Below are positions 13,237 to 22,700 of a stretch of 64,000 nucleotides of DNA, one piece after another. Location of the stretch: positions 3,844,001 to 3,908,000 of the forward strand of contig CM026547.1 in assembly GCA_014905635.1 (NCBI GenBank), in the 5' to 3' direction. Each line of letters begins with the position of its first letter. Positions within the stretch are counted from its first letter, which is position 1. The position numbers and the translations under genes are program-made. Below the pieces are notes generated by a model. It saw nothing but the letters and a program-made list of their open reading frames with translations, did no database searches and was not told the origin of the DNA. This DNA is from Scenedesmus sp. PABB004. Its lineage: Eukaryota.

Positions 13237-13395
13237 ACCACGCGCCTGCGGGCAGGTTGACGACGTTCCAGTCGTCGTGATGGTGGCGTTTGCGCGCTCG
13301 TTCACGGCCTTTTGGCGACGGTACGAGCGGTCGAGCGCTGCGCCCGCTCGAATTTGTGCCTGGCCGGCCCCCAGGCCCCCCTGGGCGCGACCAGG
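13237..13395 (+). ncRNA. Candidate Sm-site snRNA with U1-like layout (copy 1); speculative
   Basis: 5' ACCACGCGCCUG, helix GCGGGC(13248-53)/GCCCGC(13342-47), internal hairpins, Sm-type AAUUUGUG (13351-58) and terminal hairpin 13359-13395. The canonical U1-70K and U1A loops are not evident. Confidence 0.25.
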
Positions 13396-13450
13396 GGGTT
13401 GTTTGGGCTTCACTGGTGCTGTCCGCGAAGTTGGTGGATTTGAGACATGC

Positions 13451-13467
13451 TGTATATATCTATTAAG
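13451..13467. promoter_or_regulatory. AT-rich TATA-like element (mirror copy at 17551-17567)
   Basis: TGTATATATCTATTAAG in a very GC-rich background, about 75-90 nt upstream of tRNA-Cys. Confidence 0.5.
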
Positions 13468-13541
13468 TACCACCCCGCGCGCTTATGGCTATGGTCGAAG
13501 CGCAGCCTCCTCGCCTGTTTCACAACAGGTCCTGCACGATC

Positions 13542-13614
13542 GGGTCGGTAGCTCAGTGGTTAGAGCAAGCGACTGCAGATCGCTAGGTCCCGCGTTCGAC
13601 TCGCGGTCGGCCCT
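13542..13614 (+). tRNA. tRNA-Cys (GCA)
   Basis: Full cloverleaf: GGGTCGG/TCGGCCC acceptor stem, GCTC/GAGC D stem, AGCGA-CTGCAGA-TCGCT anticodon arm, CCGCG-TTCGACT-CGCGG T arm, U73 discriminator. T5 Pol III terminator at 13627-13631. Confidence 0.97.
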
Positions 13615-13692
13615 TCCAGCCTCGCATTTTTGCCTCCCAGCCCGACCTCGCCTAAACACCCCCCGCGCCTCCCCAACGCCCCACGGCGGCCG

Positions 13693-13730
13693 GCCGGGGC
13701 CCGCCGGGGCCCGCCGGGGCCCGCCGGGGC
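13693..13730. repeat. 10-bp tandem repeat (CCGCCGGGGC) x~3.8; mirrored at ~17288-17325
   Basis: Directly visible in both arms. Confidence 0.85.
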
Positions 13731-13775
13731 GCCGCCGAGCCCGCGCCGTGCCGCCGAGCCCACGCCCGCGCGCGG

Positions 13776-15164
13776 CTACCACCACCACCCCCGCCGCGCG
13801 CCGGGCGCCGCGAGCGGCTTGGCCAGCAGGGCACAGCCCGCGGTGAGGCTCTTGTGGTACTCGGGCAGCTCGCGCCGCCACAGCATCGCCTGCTCCGCCG
13901 ACACCGGGCGGAAGCCCAGCCGGCGCGCCCAGCCCTCCAGCTCCGCCGCCGGCACCACACCCGGCTTGGGCGCCTCCTCCTGCGGGCGGCAGCGGGCGCG
14001 GTCACGCGGGCACGCGCAGCCGCCACCTCTCCCCCCTTTGACACAGACACGCACGCGCACGCGCCTGCTGGTCCATGATGAGCACGAGCTGGCCCAGGCC
14101 CGCGCCGCCCAGCACGTCCTCCAGCCGGCCCAGCAGCCGCGTCGCGTGGCCCTGGCGCTGCACGGCCTGCGGCGTCGCGAGCCCCTGCACGCGCGCGTGG
14201 TCGCGGCCATACACGTTCAGCGTCGCCACGCACGTCGGCGCGCCCCTGGCGGCCGCACAGGCGGCGGCGACGGGGCGGGGCGAAGGACGATCAGGCGGGG
14301 CGGCAGCAGCGCACCGCGCCGCAGCGCGAGGGCCCTCCCGCGCCGCGCCGCCCCCCGCCGCGCCGCACCCGCTGCTGCGCGTGATCACGGCAAAGCTGTC
14401 CTCCAGCAGCTCGCGCGGCGTGTCGCCGAGCGTGCCGCGCAGCAGCTCGGCGACGATCAGAAAGTCGTCGAGCCGGGACGGCGCCACCCGGCGCCACGCC
14501 GGCGCCGGCGTCGCGCCGCCGACCGGCGCGGCGGCGGCGCCGCCCTCGCTTCCCTGCGCCGCCTGCGCCTGCGCCTCGAGCGCCGCCGCCGCGCGCGCGG
14601 CCGCCTCGAACAGCGTGCCGCGGCGCTGCGCGTCCCGATAGGCGCTGCGCACGGCGGCGAGGTCGAGCAGGCGCCAGCTCGCGGCCTCCTCGCCCGGCGC
14701 CTGCTGCCAGGGCAGCCAGCTGCGGCGCGGCAGCGGCAGCGCCTGCTCGCCCGCCGCCGCGACGGCGGCGAGCTGCTCGTAGGCCTGGAGGGGCGGGGCG
14801 GGCAGGGCGGCGGGCCCGGTGTGGGCGTGCGGGCGGGGCCTGCCGCGCGGCGGGCGTGCTGCCCCCACCACGCGCCGACGTGACGGCGCACCTGCTCGCA
14901 CTCGGCGCTGTGGAAGAAGCGGGCGCCGCGCGCCGCGCCCTCGGCCGGCACGGCGCAGCCCGCGTGCCACCAGCGGCGGCACCCGTGGCAGCGCGAGCCG
15001 CGCTTGTGGTGCTGGCTGTTGATGGTGGTCTTGCAGTCGCTGCAGAACACGCAGCGCTCCGCGAACCACTGGTCGCTGTGGCCGCCGACCGCGGCGGGCG
15101 CCTCGTGCGCCTCGTCAAACAGCAGCCCCGCGCCGTCCTCGCTCATCAGCAGGCCGCCCGCCAT
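13776..15164 (-). CDS. PHD-like finger plus GNAT acetyltransferase (IDM1/ROS4-like), paralog A
   Basis: CVFC..CHGCRRWWHAGC..FFHSAEC finger. GNAT part VATLNVYG..VQGLATPQAVQRQGHATRLL..WARRLGF..LLAKPL. An upstream exon may exist. Confidence 0.75.
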
Positions 15165-15700
15165 GCTGCGAGAGCGCGGGCGGCGTGCGTCGGATCACGG
15201 CCGCGCGCGGCACGACGCCCCAACGGCGGCGGTTGGCAGCTGCGCACCGCGCGAGCGGCGGCAACGGGCCGCGGGCGCTGCGGGCCCCGATGCGGGCAAA
15301 GGGAGGCGTCCAGGGACGGAAGGTCGGCGCGGTCACGAACACCAGCGGCTGCGCGTGCGCGCCGCCGGCAGCGGCAGCGGCCTGCGGCGGCGCGCGGCCG
15401 CGGGCCACGACAAAGCGCTGCTGGGTGCGGGGAGACATGATGCCGCGGTGTCGGAGGCGTGGCGATGGGGTGCGGCCGTTGTGGCGGTGCGGCGCCGCCG
15501 GCGCCGAGCAGCCGGCCGGACCGCACCGACCGCCGCCGCCATAACAAAACCGCGCTGTCGGGCGCCATGGTCATCCCGAACCAGCAGCATCTCAGCCGCA
15601 GCGCCCTTCCCCAACAAAAAAGCCCCGCCCGCGCGCCGGCTCTCGCCTCGCGGACCGCCGCTGCCGCCGTGCCCGGCCGGCGAGCCCCCTGCCGCCGCCC

Positions 15701-17133
15701 ATGGCGTCTTCGGCACGGCGCCAGGTGGCGAGCGCCTGGTCGCTAGCGCCCGGCGGCGCGGTGCTGGCAGCGGCCGCGGCGGCGGCGGTCGGGCAGCAGC
15801 CGCCGGCGCTGCGCTTCGCGCTCGCGCAGAGCAGCCGACAGGCGCGGCGCGCGCCGTTTGCGAGCCTCAGATCCAGCGGAGGGCGCCGCGCCGCGGTGCC
15901 GCTGTTTTCGCTCGCCGCGCTGGCGGCGCCGGCATCGTCGTCCGAGGCCGCCAGCAGCGAGCCGCGCGGCGGCACGGCGAGCGGCAGCGGCTACGAGTCC
16001 GGCTCGGACGAGGACAGCGGCGACGACAGCGACCTGCACCTGGACGAGATCAACTGCCAGCTCTGCAGCGGCCCGCTGTCGCGGCCGGCCGCGCGCGGCG
16101 GCCTCTTCCGGCGTGCAGCGCGCGGCGGGCGCGGCGGCACGCCCCGCTTCCTCGTCTGCGACTGCTGCCAGCGCTGCTTCCACGAGGCCTGCTGCAAGCG
16201 CAAGGGCGTCAGCACGCGCGAGGCCGCCGACGGCAGCTGGTTCCACAGCGCGGGCTGCGCTGACTGCCAGGCGAGGCTCGACGCGCGCGTGCGCGGCGGC
16301 CCCGCGCCGCTGCCCGGCGGCCGCAGCTGGCAGCTGATCGACTGCGCGCCCGTCGCCGCCGACGGCGGCGCGGCCGACAGCGTGCGCGCGCTGCAGCGGC
16401 TGAAGCGCAACCTCTCGGACGTCCTCGAGGTGCTGCTGCCCTCGTTTGGGCCCACCGCGGCGCAGCAGCTCGTGGACACGAACAAGGGCTTCGCGGTGCT
16501 GCTGCGGCAGGACCAGACGCCGCTCACGGCGGGGCTGCTGGATGTGTATGGCCAGGTTCGGGCCGGCGCACGCGCCGGGCCAGCCGGGTGCAGCACGCTG
16601 CGCGCGGGAGGCCGCGGCGCTGCGGCCGCGCCGCGGCGCGGCCTGGGCGGCGCCCGCCCGCCCACGCGCCCGCCGCCGCGCAGGACCTCGCCGTGCTCGA
16701 CCTGGTGGCGACGGCGATGGAGGAGCAGGGCAAGGGGCACTGCCGCTGCCTGCTGCAGGCGCTGGAGGGCTGGCTGGGGCCGCAGCTGGGCGTGGGCAGC
16801 CTCGTGGCAGTGTGCCCGGCCGACGTGAGAGCCTCGCGCGCAGCTGGCGCTGGGCCCGGCGGGGCGCGTCCCCGACGGCCGCGCGCCGCCCGCTGGCCGC
16901 CGCCCGCTGGCCGCCGCCCGCTGCCGCAGGAGCGCGAGACCATCCGCGTGTGGGAGGAGCGGCTCGGCTTCAAGCGCATGAGCGCCCGCCAGCTGCGGCA
17001 GCTGCAGTCCGCGGTGCCGCCGCTCAACTACTACACCGACTCGCTGCTGCTCACCAAGCCGCTGCCCAAGCACCAGCAGGGCAAGCAGCAGCAGCACGCG
17101 CAGGCGCCGCCGCCGGAGCAGGCGGCCAGCTGA
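15701..17133 (+). CDS. PHD-like finger plus GNAT acetyltransferase (IDM1/ROS4-like), paralog B
   Basis: CQLC..LVCDCCQRCFHEAC..WFHSAGC, then AGLLDVYGQ|DLAVLDLVATAMEEQGKGHCRCLL..VWEERLGF..LLTKPL. 3 exons. Confidence 0.82.
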
Positions 17134-17403
17134 CGCGCCGAGCAGGCGCGGGTGTAGGCGCCGGGTCAGGCTCTTGTGGCGGCGCGAGCTGCCCAGCACC
17201 ACAAGGAAGCGCCCGGCGGGGGTGGTGGTGGTAGCCGCGCGCGGGCGTGGGCTCGGCGTGCCGCGCCCGCGGCGCGGCGTGTCGCGGGCCCGGCGGGCCC
17301 CGGCGGGCCCCGGCGGGCCCCGGCCGGCCGCCGTGGGGCGTTGGGGAGGCGCGGGGGGGTGTTTAGGCGAGGTCGGGCTGGGAGGCAAAAATGCGAGGCT
17401 GGA

Positions 17404-17476
17404 AGGGCCGACCGCGAGTCGAACGCGGGACCTAGCGATCTGCAGTCGCTTGCTCTAACCACTGAGCTACCGACCC
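17404..17476 (-). tRNA. tRNA-Cys (GCA), identical second copy
   Basis: Exact reverse complement of 13542-13614. The A-run at ~17387-17391 forms the terminator on the minus strand. Confidence 0.97.
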
Positions 17477-17622
17477 GATCGTGCAGGACCTGTTGTGAAA
17501 CAGGCGAGGAGGCTGCGCTTCGACCATAGCCATAAGCGCGCGGGGTGGTACTTAATAGATATATACAGCATGTCTCAAATCCACCAACTTCGCGGACAGC
17601 ACCAGTGAAGCCCAAACAACCC

Positions 17623-17782
17623 CCTGGTCGCGCCCAGGGGGGCCTGGGGGGCCGGCCAGGCACAAATTCGAGCGGGCGCAGCGCTCGACCGCTCGTACCG
17701 TCGCCAAAAGGCCGTGAACGAGCGCGCAAATGCCACCATCACGACGACTGGAACGTCGTCAACCTGCCCGCAGGCGCGTGGT
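17623..17782 (-). ncRNA. Candidate U1-like Sm-site RNA (copy 2); speculative
   Basis: Mirror of 13237-13395 with one G>A change and one extra C. Confidence 0.25.
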
Positions 17783-18231
17783 CGCGAAGCGAGGCCTCCC
17801 GGGCGGCGGCGCCGCGCCGCTGTCGCCGCCGCTGCGCCGCGCCGCGACGGCCGTCAGGCAGGCCGCGGGCCCGCGGGAGCTGGCGCGGCAGCTCGGCGGT
17901 GCGGCTTAGGACGCGGCGGGGCGGGGGCGGCGGGGCGGTGCAGCGCGCGATGCGCGGGCGGGGCGACAGCGGCGGGAGCGCGTTCAAACCGCTGAACCGC
18001 CGATCGCGCCAGGTGGTCGCCCGCTCGCCCGCTGGGCCGACGCAGTGTTCCGGAAGCCCGTCGGCCTGACGCCCACGCACGCGGTCCCGAGCGCCGAGCT
18101 CAATAGCGGCGCGCTGTTCAGCGTCCGGCGCTCGCTGCCCCGCCGCCGCCCGCCCCAACCGCCCCCGCGCCGGCTGCTCTCGGGAAAGACAGCCTTGCCG
18201 CACGCAGCGTCGCGTGGCGCCAGCGGCCGCC

Positions 18232-19380
18232 ATGGCGGCGGCGGACGCGGTGCAGCGGCTGCTGTCCGCCGTTGGCGCGCCGGGCGCGCTCGACGCGGAC
18301 GTGCGGGACTACGTCCTGGCGGTGCTGGAGGAACCGGATGACGAGGCCTGCCTCGAAGTGCTCACGGAGGTCATCGCCTCGTCGGTGCCCGCGTTCGCCC
18401 GCCTCTCGCGCGAGCAGCAGACGGCCGCGGTGCTGCGCCTGCTCGAGGACGCCAGGGCCTGCGCGGCGGCGGCCGCGGCGGGCGGCGGCGGCGGCGGCGC
18501 GGGCGTCGACGCTGTGGTCGCTGCGTTCAAGTCGGTGGCGTGTTCGGACATCACCAACCGCGTCAACGCGCCGCGCGCGGCGGCCGGCGCCGGCGGCGGC
18601 GGCGACGACGGCAGCAGCTGCAGCAGCGGCGGCGCGTGCGGCGCGTGCGGCGAGGCGCCCGACCCCGAGCAGCTGGCGGCGCTGCTCGCGCTGTGCCCGC
18701 CCGGCGCGGACGCCGCGTTTGCGGGCGCGCTGCTCGCGCGGCTGGGCGGACTGGAGGCGGCCGCGGAGTGGGTGCTGGCGCAGGACGACGTGCTCGGCGC
18801 GCAGGACGACTGGCGCGCCGCGGCAGAGGAGCGCGAGGAGCGGCGGCGGCGCGAGGCGCAGGAGCGGCAGCAGAGCAAGCGCGCGATTGTCGAGCGCTTT
18901 GACCTGCAGCCCGTGCCGGGCGGCGCCCGGCGGCCCAAGTTTGGCGACGACCCGCTGCCAAGGAAAAAGGGCGCCGACGACGCGGCGGGCAAGGTGGGCG
19001 CCGCGCCGCGGGGCGCTCGGCGCGGCGGTAGCTGCCCCGCCGCCGAGCGCGCCCCGAGCGCACCGCGGCCGCCGCTGCGGCCGCCGCTGCGCGCTGCCGC
19101 TGCCACCGGCGGCAGGTGCGCTACCGCGACGGCCGGGTCGTGTCGACGCGGGGAGAGAAGGTGATCATTGAGAAGGTCGGCGAGGAGTGGGACGGCGGCA
19201 GCAAGGTGACCCGCCGCGGCGCGCGCTGGGGCGTGCGGGGGGCGCGCGCGGCCGCGCGCCTGAGGCAGGCCTCACCGCCCGCGCGCTGCGCCGCGCTGGC
19301 CGCCGCGCTGGCCGCCGCGCTGGCCGCCGCGCTAGGGCAAGGTCTACACCAAGGGCAAGCGGGGCAAGGGCTTCGTGTGA
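18232..19380 (+). CDS. CUE domain-containing protein 2-like
   Basis: N-terminal LDADVRDYVLAVLEE. C-terminal KRAIVERF..|VRYRDGRVVSTRGEK..|GKVYTKGKRGKGFV* resembles the CUEDC2 C-terminus (IRYIDNQVVSTKGER). 3 exons. Confidence 0.65.
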
Positions 19381-19768
19381 GTGGCCGTCCGCGCGCGGCT
19401 GCTGGCGGGGCTGCGCGGCGGCCGCGGGCTGGCGGCGTGCAAACGGGGAGAGCTTGGCGTCTCCGTTGCCAGATCCCAGCTCTTGTCCCACGCCCCTGCT
19501 CAGAGTCCAGACCCCCAACTCCCAGCAGCCACCGGCTTGCATTGCAGTGAATCGCCCCCCGCGCATGCGGCGGCATTGGTCAGAGCGCCCCCGCCTGGCA
19601 GGCGACACGGGATGCCGGCAACGCAGCATGCCGCGCAAACCTCGGACACACGGCCCCCTCCCCGCAGCACCTCCCCGCACCCAGTTTGCAGGTACCCACC
19701 GTGCTTGTCACAAGTGCTGGCCAAATGCCGCGCCGGCCGTACGCACGGCCCCCCGCACCGGCGCGCGC

Positions 19769-22700
19769 TCAGTGCCCCGGCGCGCGCAGCTGCTGCAGCT
19801 GCGCCATCTGGCGGCGCCGCAGCTCCGCCAGCCCCGCCACGCCCTTGACCTCGGTGATGGCGGGCAGGCCCGGCGCCGCGTGCGGCGGCGCCGACGCCTG
19901 CAGCTGCCCCGGCAAGACCGGCCGCCCGGCCGCGCGCGGCGGCGGCGCGGCGGCGGCGCTGTAGGCCGACGCGGCGCTGCGCTCCGGCAGCATCGGCTCG
20001 CTGCGGCTGGGCTCTGCGCTGACCGACTTGCCGGGCCGGTAGTTGAGGTGCTTAAGCTTGGCCAGCTGCGCGCGCGACAGCGCGCAGCGTGAGCGGCGCC
20101 GGCCGAGGCTGCGCGGCGGCGCCCGCCAACCCCGCCTTGGCTAGCCCCGCGCGCGGCCGCCCACCTTGTCGCCGCCGCCGCCGCCATAGACCGCCGACAG
20201 CTGCTGCTCGCGCTGCTGCTGCCGCAGCTGCGCCACCAGCGCTGCGCCCGCGCCCTGGTGCTGCTGCGCCGGCGCCTCCAGCCAGGCCAGCGCGCCGGCG
20301 CCGGCGCCCGGCCGCGCCGGCTGCGCCGGGCTCGCGCGCGCCCCGGCGCCCTGCGAGCGCGCCTGCCGCAGCACCGCGAGCGCGTGCTCCAGGTGCTGCT
20401 GCCCCGGCGGCAGGCCGCCGCCGCCGCTGCTGCTCGCCGCGCCGCCGCCGCCGCCCTTGTGCCGGTCGCCCGTGCGCCGCCGCCGCGCCGCGGCGTCTCG
20501 CTGCGCCGCGCCGGGCTGGTAGCAGGGATTGACCTCTGCGCTGTGCAGGCTGCTGGGCTGCTGGGGCTGGCGCTCGCCCGCTTCGGCCGCCGGCGCCGGC
20601 GCCGGCGAGCCGGCCGCCGCCAGGGGCTGCGAGAAGCGCTTGATAAGGCCGCTCACGATGCCCGGCGACGCGCCGCCGCGCGCGCCGTCCGCAGCGCCGT
20701 GCTGCTGCGCCGGCGGCTGCGCCGGCTGGAGCTCGCCGTGCGACGCGCGCCGGCCGCCGCCGCCGCCCGGCGCCGCTGCTGCGCCCTCCGCAGGTGCGTG
20801 CGAGCCCTCGCGATTGGGGCTGGCAGGGCGCTTGGGCGGCGCCCGCTCGCGCTGCGAAGGCGTAGCCTGCTGCCGCTGGCCGGCCTGCGGCGGGGGCGCG
20901 GGCCTGCCGGCGCCCGACGCCGGCTGCTGCGGCGCCGCCCGGCCGCGCAGCGGGCTGCCGGCGCGCGCCGGCAGCGGGGCGCGCTGCCCCAGCAGGTCGG
21001 GCGACAGCCTGCCGTGCAGCGGCGGGAGCGCCGGGCCGCCGGCCTTGCCGCGGGGCTGCGCGCCGCCGGCAGCCGCCGCCGCCGCCGCCGCCGCCCGCGC
21101 GCGGTGGGAGTGCGGCGGGCTGTCGAGCAGCACGGGCGGCGAGCTCAGCGACTGCAGGGGGCTGGCGGCGCTGCTGTGGGGGTCGGGCGCGCCATTGCTG
21201 TTGGCCCACTGCTGCCAGAATCGGTACCTGCGCGGCAGCGGGCGGCGGGCGGGCAGTCGGCGCCGCGCCGTGGCGCGCGTGCACGCCCGCCGGCGCCGCC
21301 AGCCAGCCCCCGCGCGCCGCTCACCGGCAGCGCGCCCGGCCGCCGAGCAGCGACATCCCTGGCGTCTGGCAGCCGCCGCCGGTGCCCGGCGCGCCGAGGG
21401 GCAGCCCCGCGAGGCCGGGCGGCTGCCCGCCGCCGCCGAGCTCGTCCTGCTGCTCCAGGCCCTGGGGGGCACGCGGGGTGGGAGGGGGGGGGGGGCGATG
21501 AGCGGCGGCGGCGCTCGGCGGCGCAGCTCGCCGACGCCGCGCAGCGCGCGCAGCGCATGCGCCCCGCGCCGCGTCGTCCGCGCCTCCCCCCGCGCCTGCA
21601 TGACGATGCCCTCGGCGCGCGCGATGTCCAGCACCTGCTGCCGGCTGAGCCCGCTCGCGCCGAGCACGGCCCAGAGGTTGCCGATGACGTCGCGCTGCTC
21701 GGTGATGATCTGGTCGCGCACGGCCATCTGGAACTTGAGCTCCTGCAGCCGCACCGCCTGCGCGCCCACGCGGCGGCGCCCGCGGCGGCGCCGGGCGCGG
21801 GCGTGGGCGGGCCGCCCCGCGCGGGGCTGCGCCGCGGTGCGCCGCCAGCCGGCACGGCCCGCGGTGCCGCCCTGGTCCGCCTCCTGGTCTGGCCCCCGGC
21901 CGTCCGCCCCCTGGTGTGGTGCGCGCCTGGATGCGGAAGGTGGAGAGTATCTTGAGGAAGTTGACGTTGCTGTTGGCGTCGATCGCGACCTCGATCTTGG
22001 CCTGGATCTCCCGCCGGCAGGCCTCGTTGGAGGCAATGTCGGAGCGGTACCGCGCCGCCTCGGCCGCGTTGGCCGCCACCTCCTCCTCCAGCACACCGCG
22101 GCGCTCGCGCGCCTCCGCCGCGTCGCCGGGGCGCAGCGCCGCCTCTGCGCGCGGCATGCGGGGCGGCGCGGCGCGGCGCGCGTGGGCGGCGGCGGCGTCG
22201 CCGGCGCCGCCCCCTGGCTGGGCCTGGCCGGCGCGCGCGCGACGAGCCCCGCCGCAGCCGCCGCCGCCGCCGCCGCCGGCGCCGCGTGCGCACCGGGTGC
22301 GCGCAGCATGTCGTTGATGCCAGCTAGCTCGTATTTGTTGACCACGTTGACATCCTCCAGCTCAAACAGCGCCTTCTGCAGGTTGATGCGCTCCTCAACG
22401 TTCTCGTTGATCTCCTGCAAGCAACGCGCGGGCGCAGCGACGCGCGCGGGCGGAGGAGGGTGGGCGGGCGGAGGGTGGGCGGCGAGCGCGGCAGCACGCG
22501 CCGGCGCGGCGGGCGGGCCAGCGGTGGGAGGGGGCGCCCACCTGCGCCAGCGCGTCGATCCAGGCCAGCGTGTCCGCCTCGGCGCTGCCGCACACTGCGG
22601 CGCCGCCGCCGGGCCCCGCTGCGCCGCTGGCGGCCGCCGCCCGCCCGCCGCCGCCGCTGCCGCCGCCGCTGCCGCCGCCGGGCGACGCCGCCGCCGCCGC

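Larger units (their letters stand above)
13081..13882. repeat. Left arm of a long inverted repeat (partner 17175-17938)
   Basis: 13081-~13725 is the reverse complement of ~17290-17938, with only one substitution and two homopolymer length differences seen. Patchy similarity continues to 13882. Confidence 0.95.
17175..17938. repeat. Right arm of the long inverted repeat (partner 13081-13882)
   Basis: Reverse complement of the left arm. Its inner end carries a decayed copy of paralog A's last codons (LWRRELP..GWWW*). Confidence 0.95.

Noticed and set aside
13305..13316. CGGCCTTTTGGC matches U2 snRNA stem-loop I (and partly U5 loop I)
   Set aside because: No branch-point recognition GUAGUA follows, the spacing to the Sm site is too short for U2, and the U5 loop would need GCCUUUUAC.
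13542..13730. tRNA-derived SINE
   Set aside because: The tRNA is an intact cloverleaf followed directly by a T5 terminator, with no tail or TSD.
13693..13730. Short repeats as a CRISPR-like array
   Set aside because: These are head-to-tail tandem repeats without spacers in a eukaryotic locus with no cas genes.
17611..17624. CCCAAACAACCCC as a telomerase RNA template
   Set aside because: It does not encode TTTAGGG-type repeats, and I saw no pseudoknot or Pol III terminator.
13081..17938. DNA transposon with long terminal inverted repeats
   Set aside because: No transposase, no target-site duplication and no sharp termini. The inner arm derives from host gene sequence.
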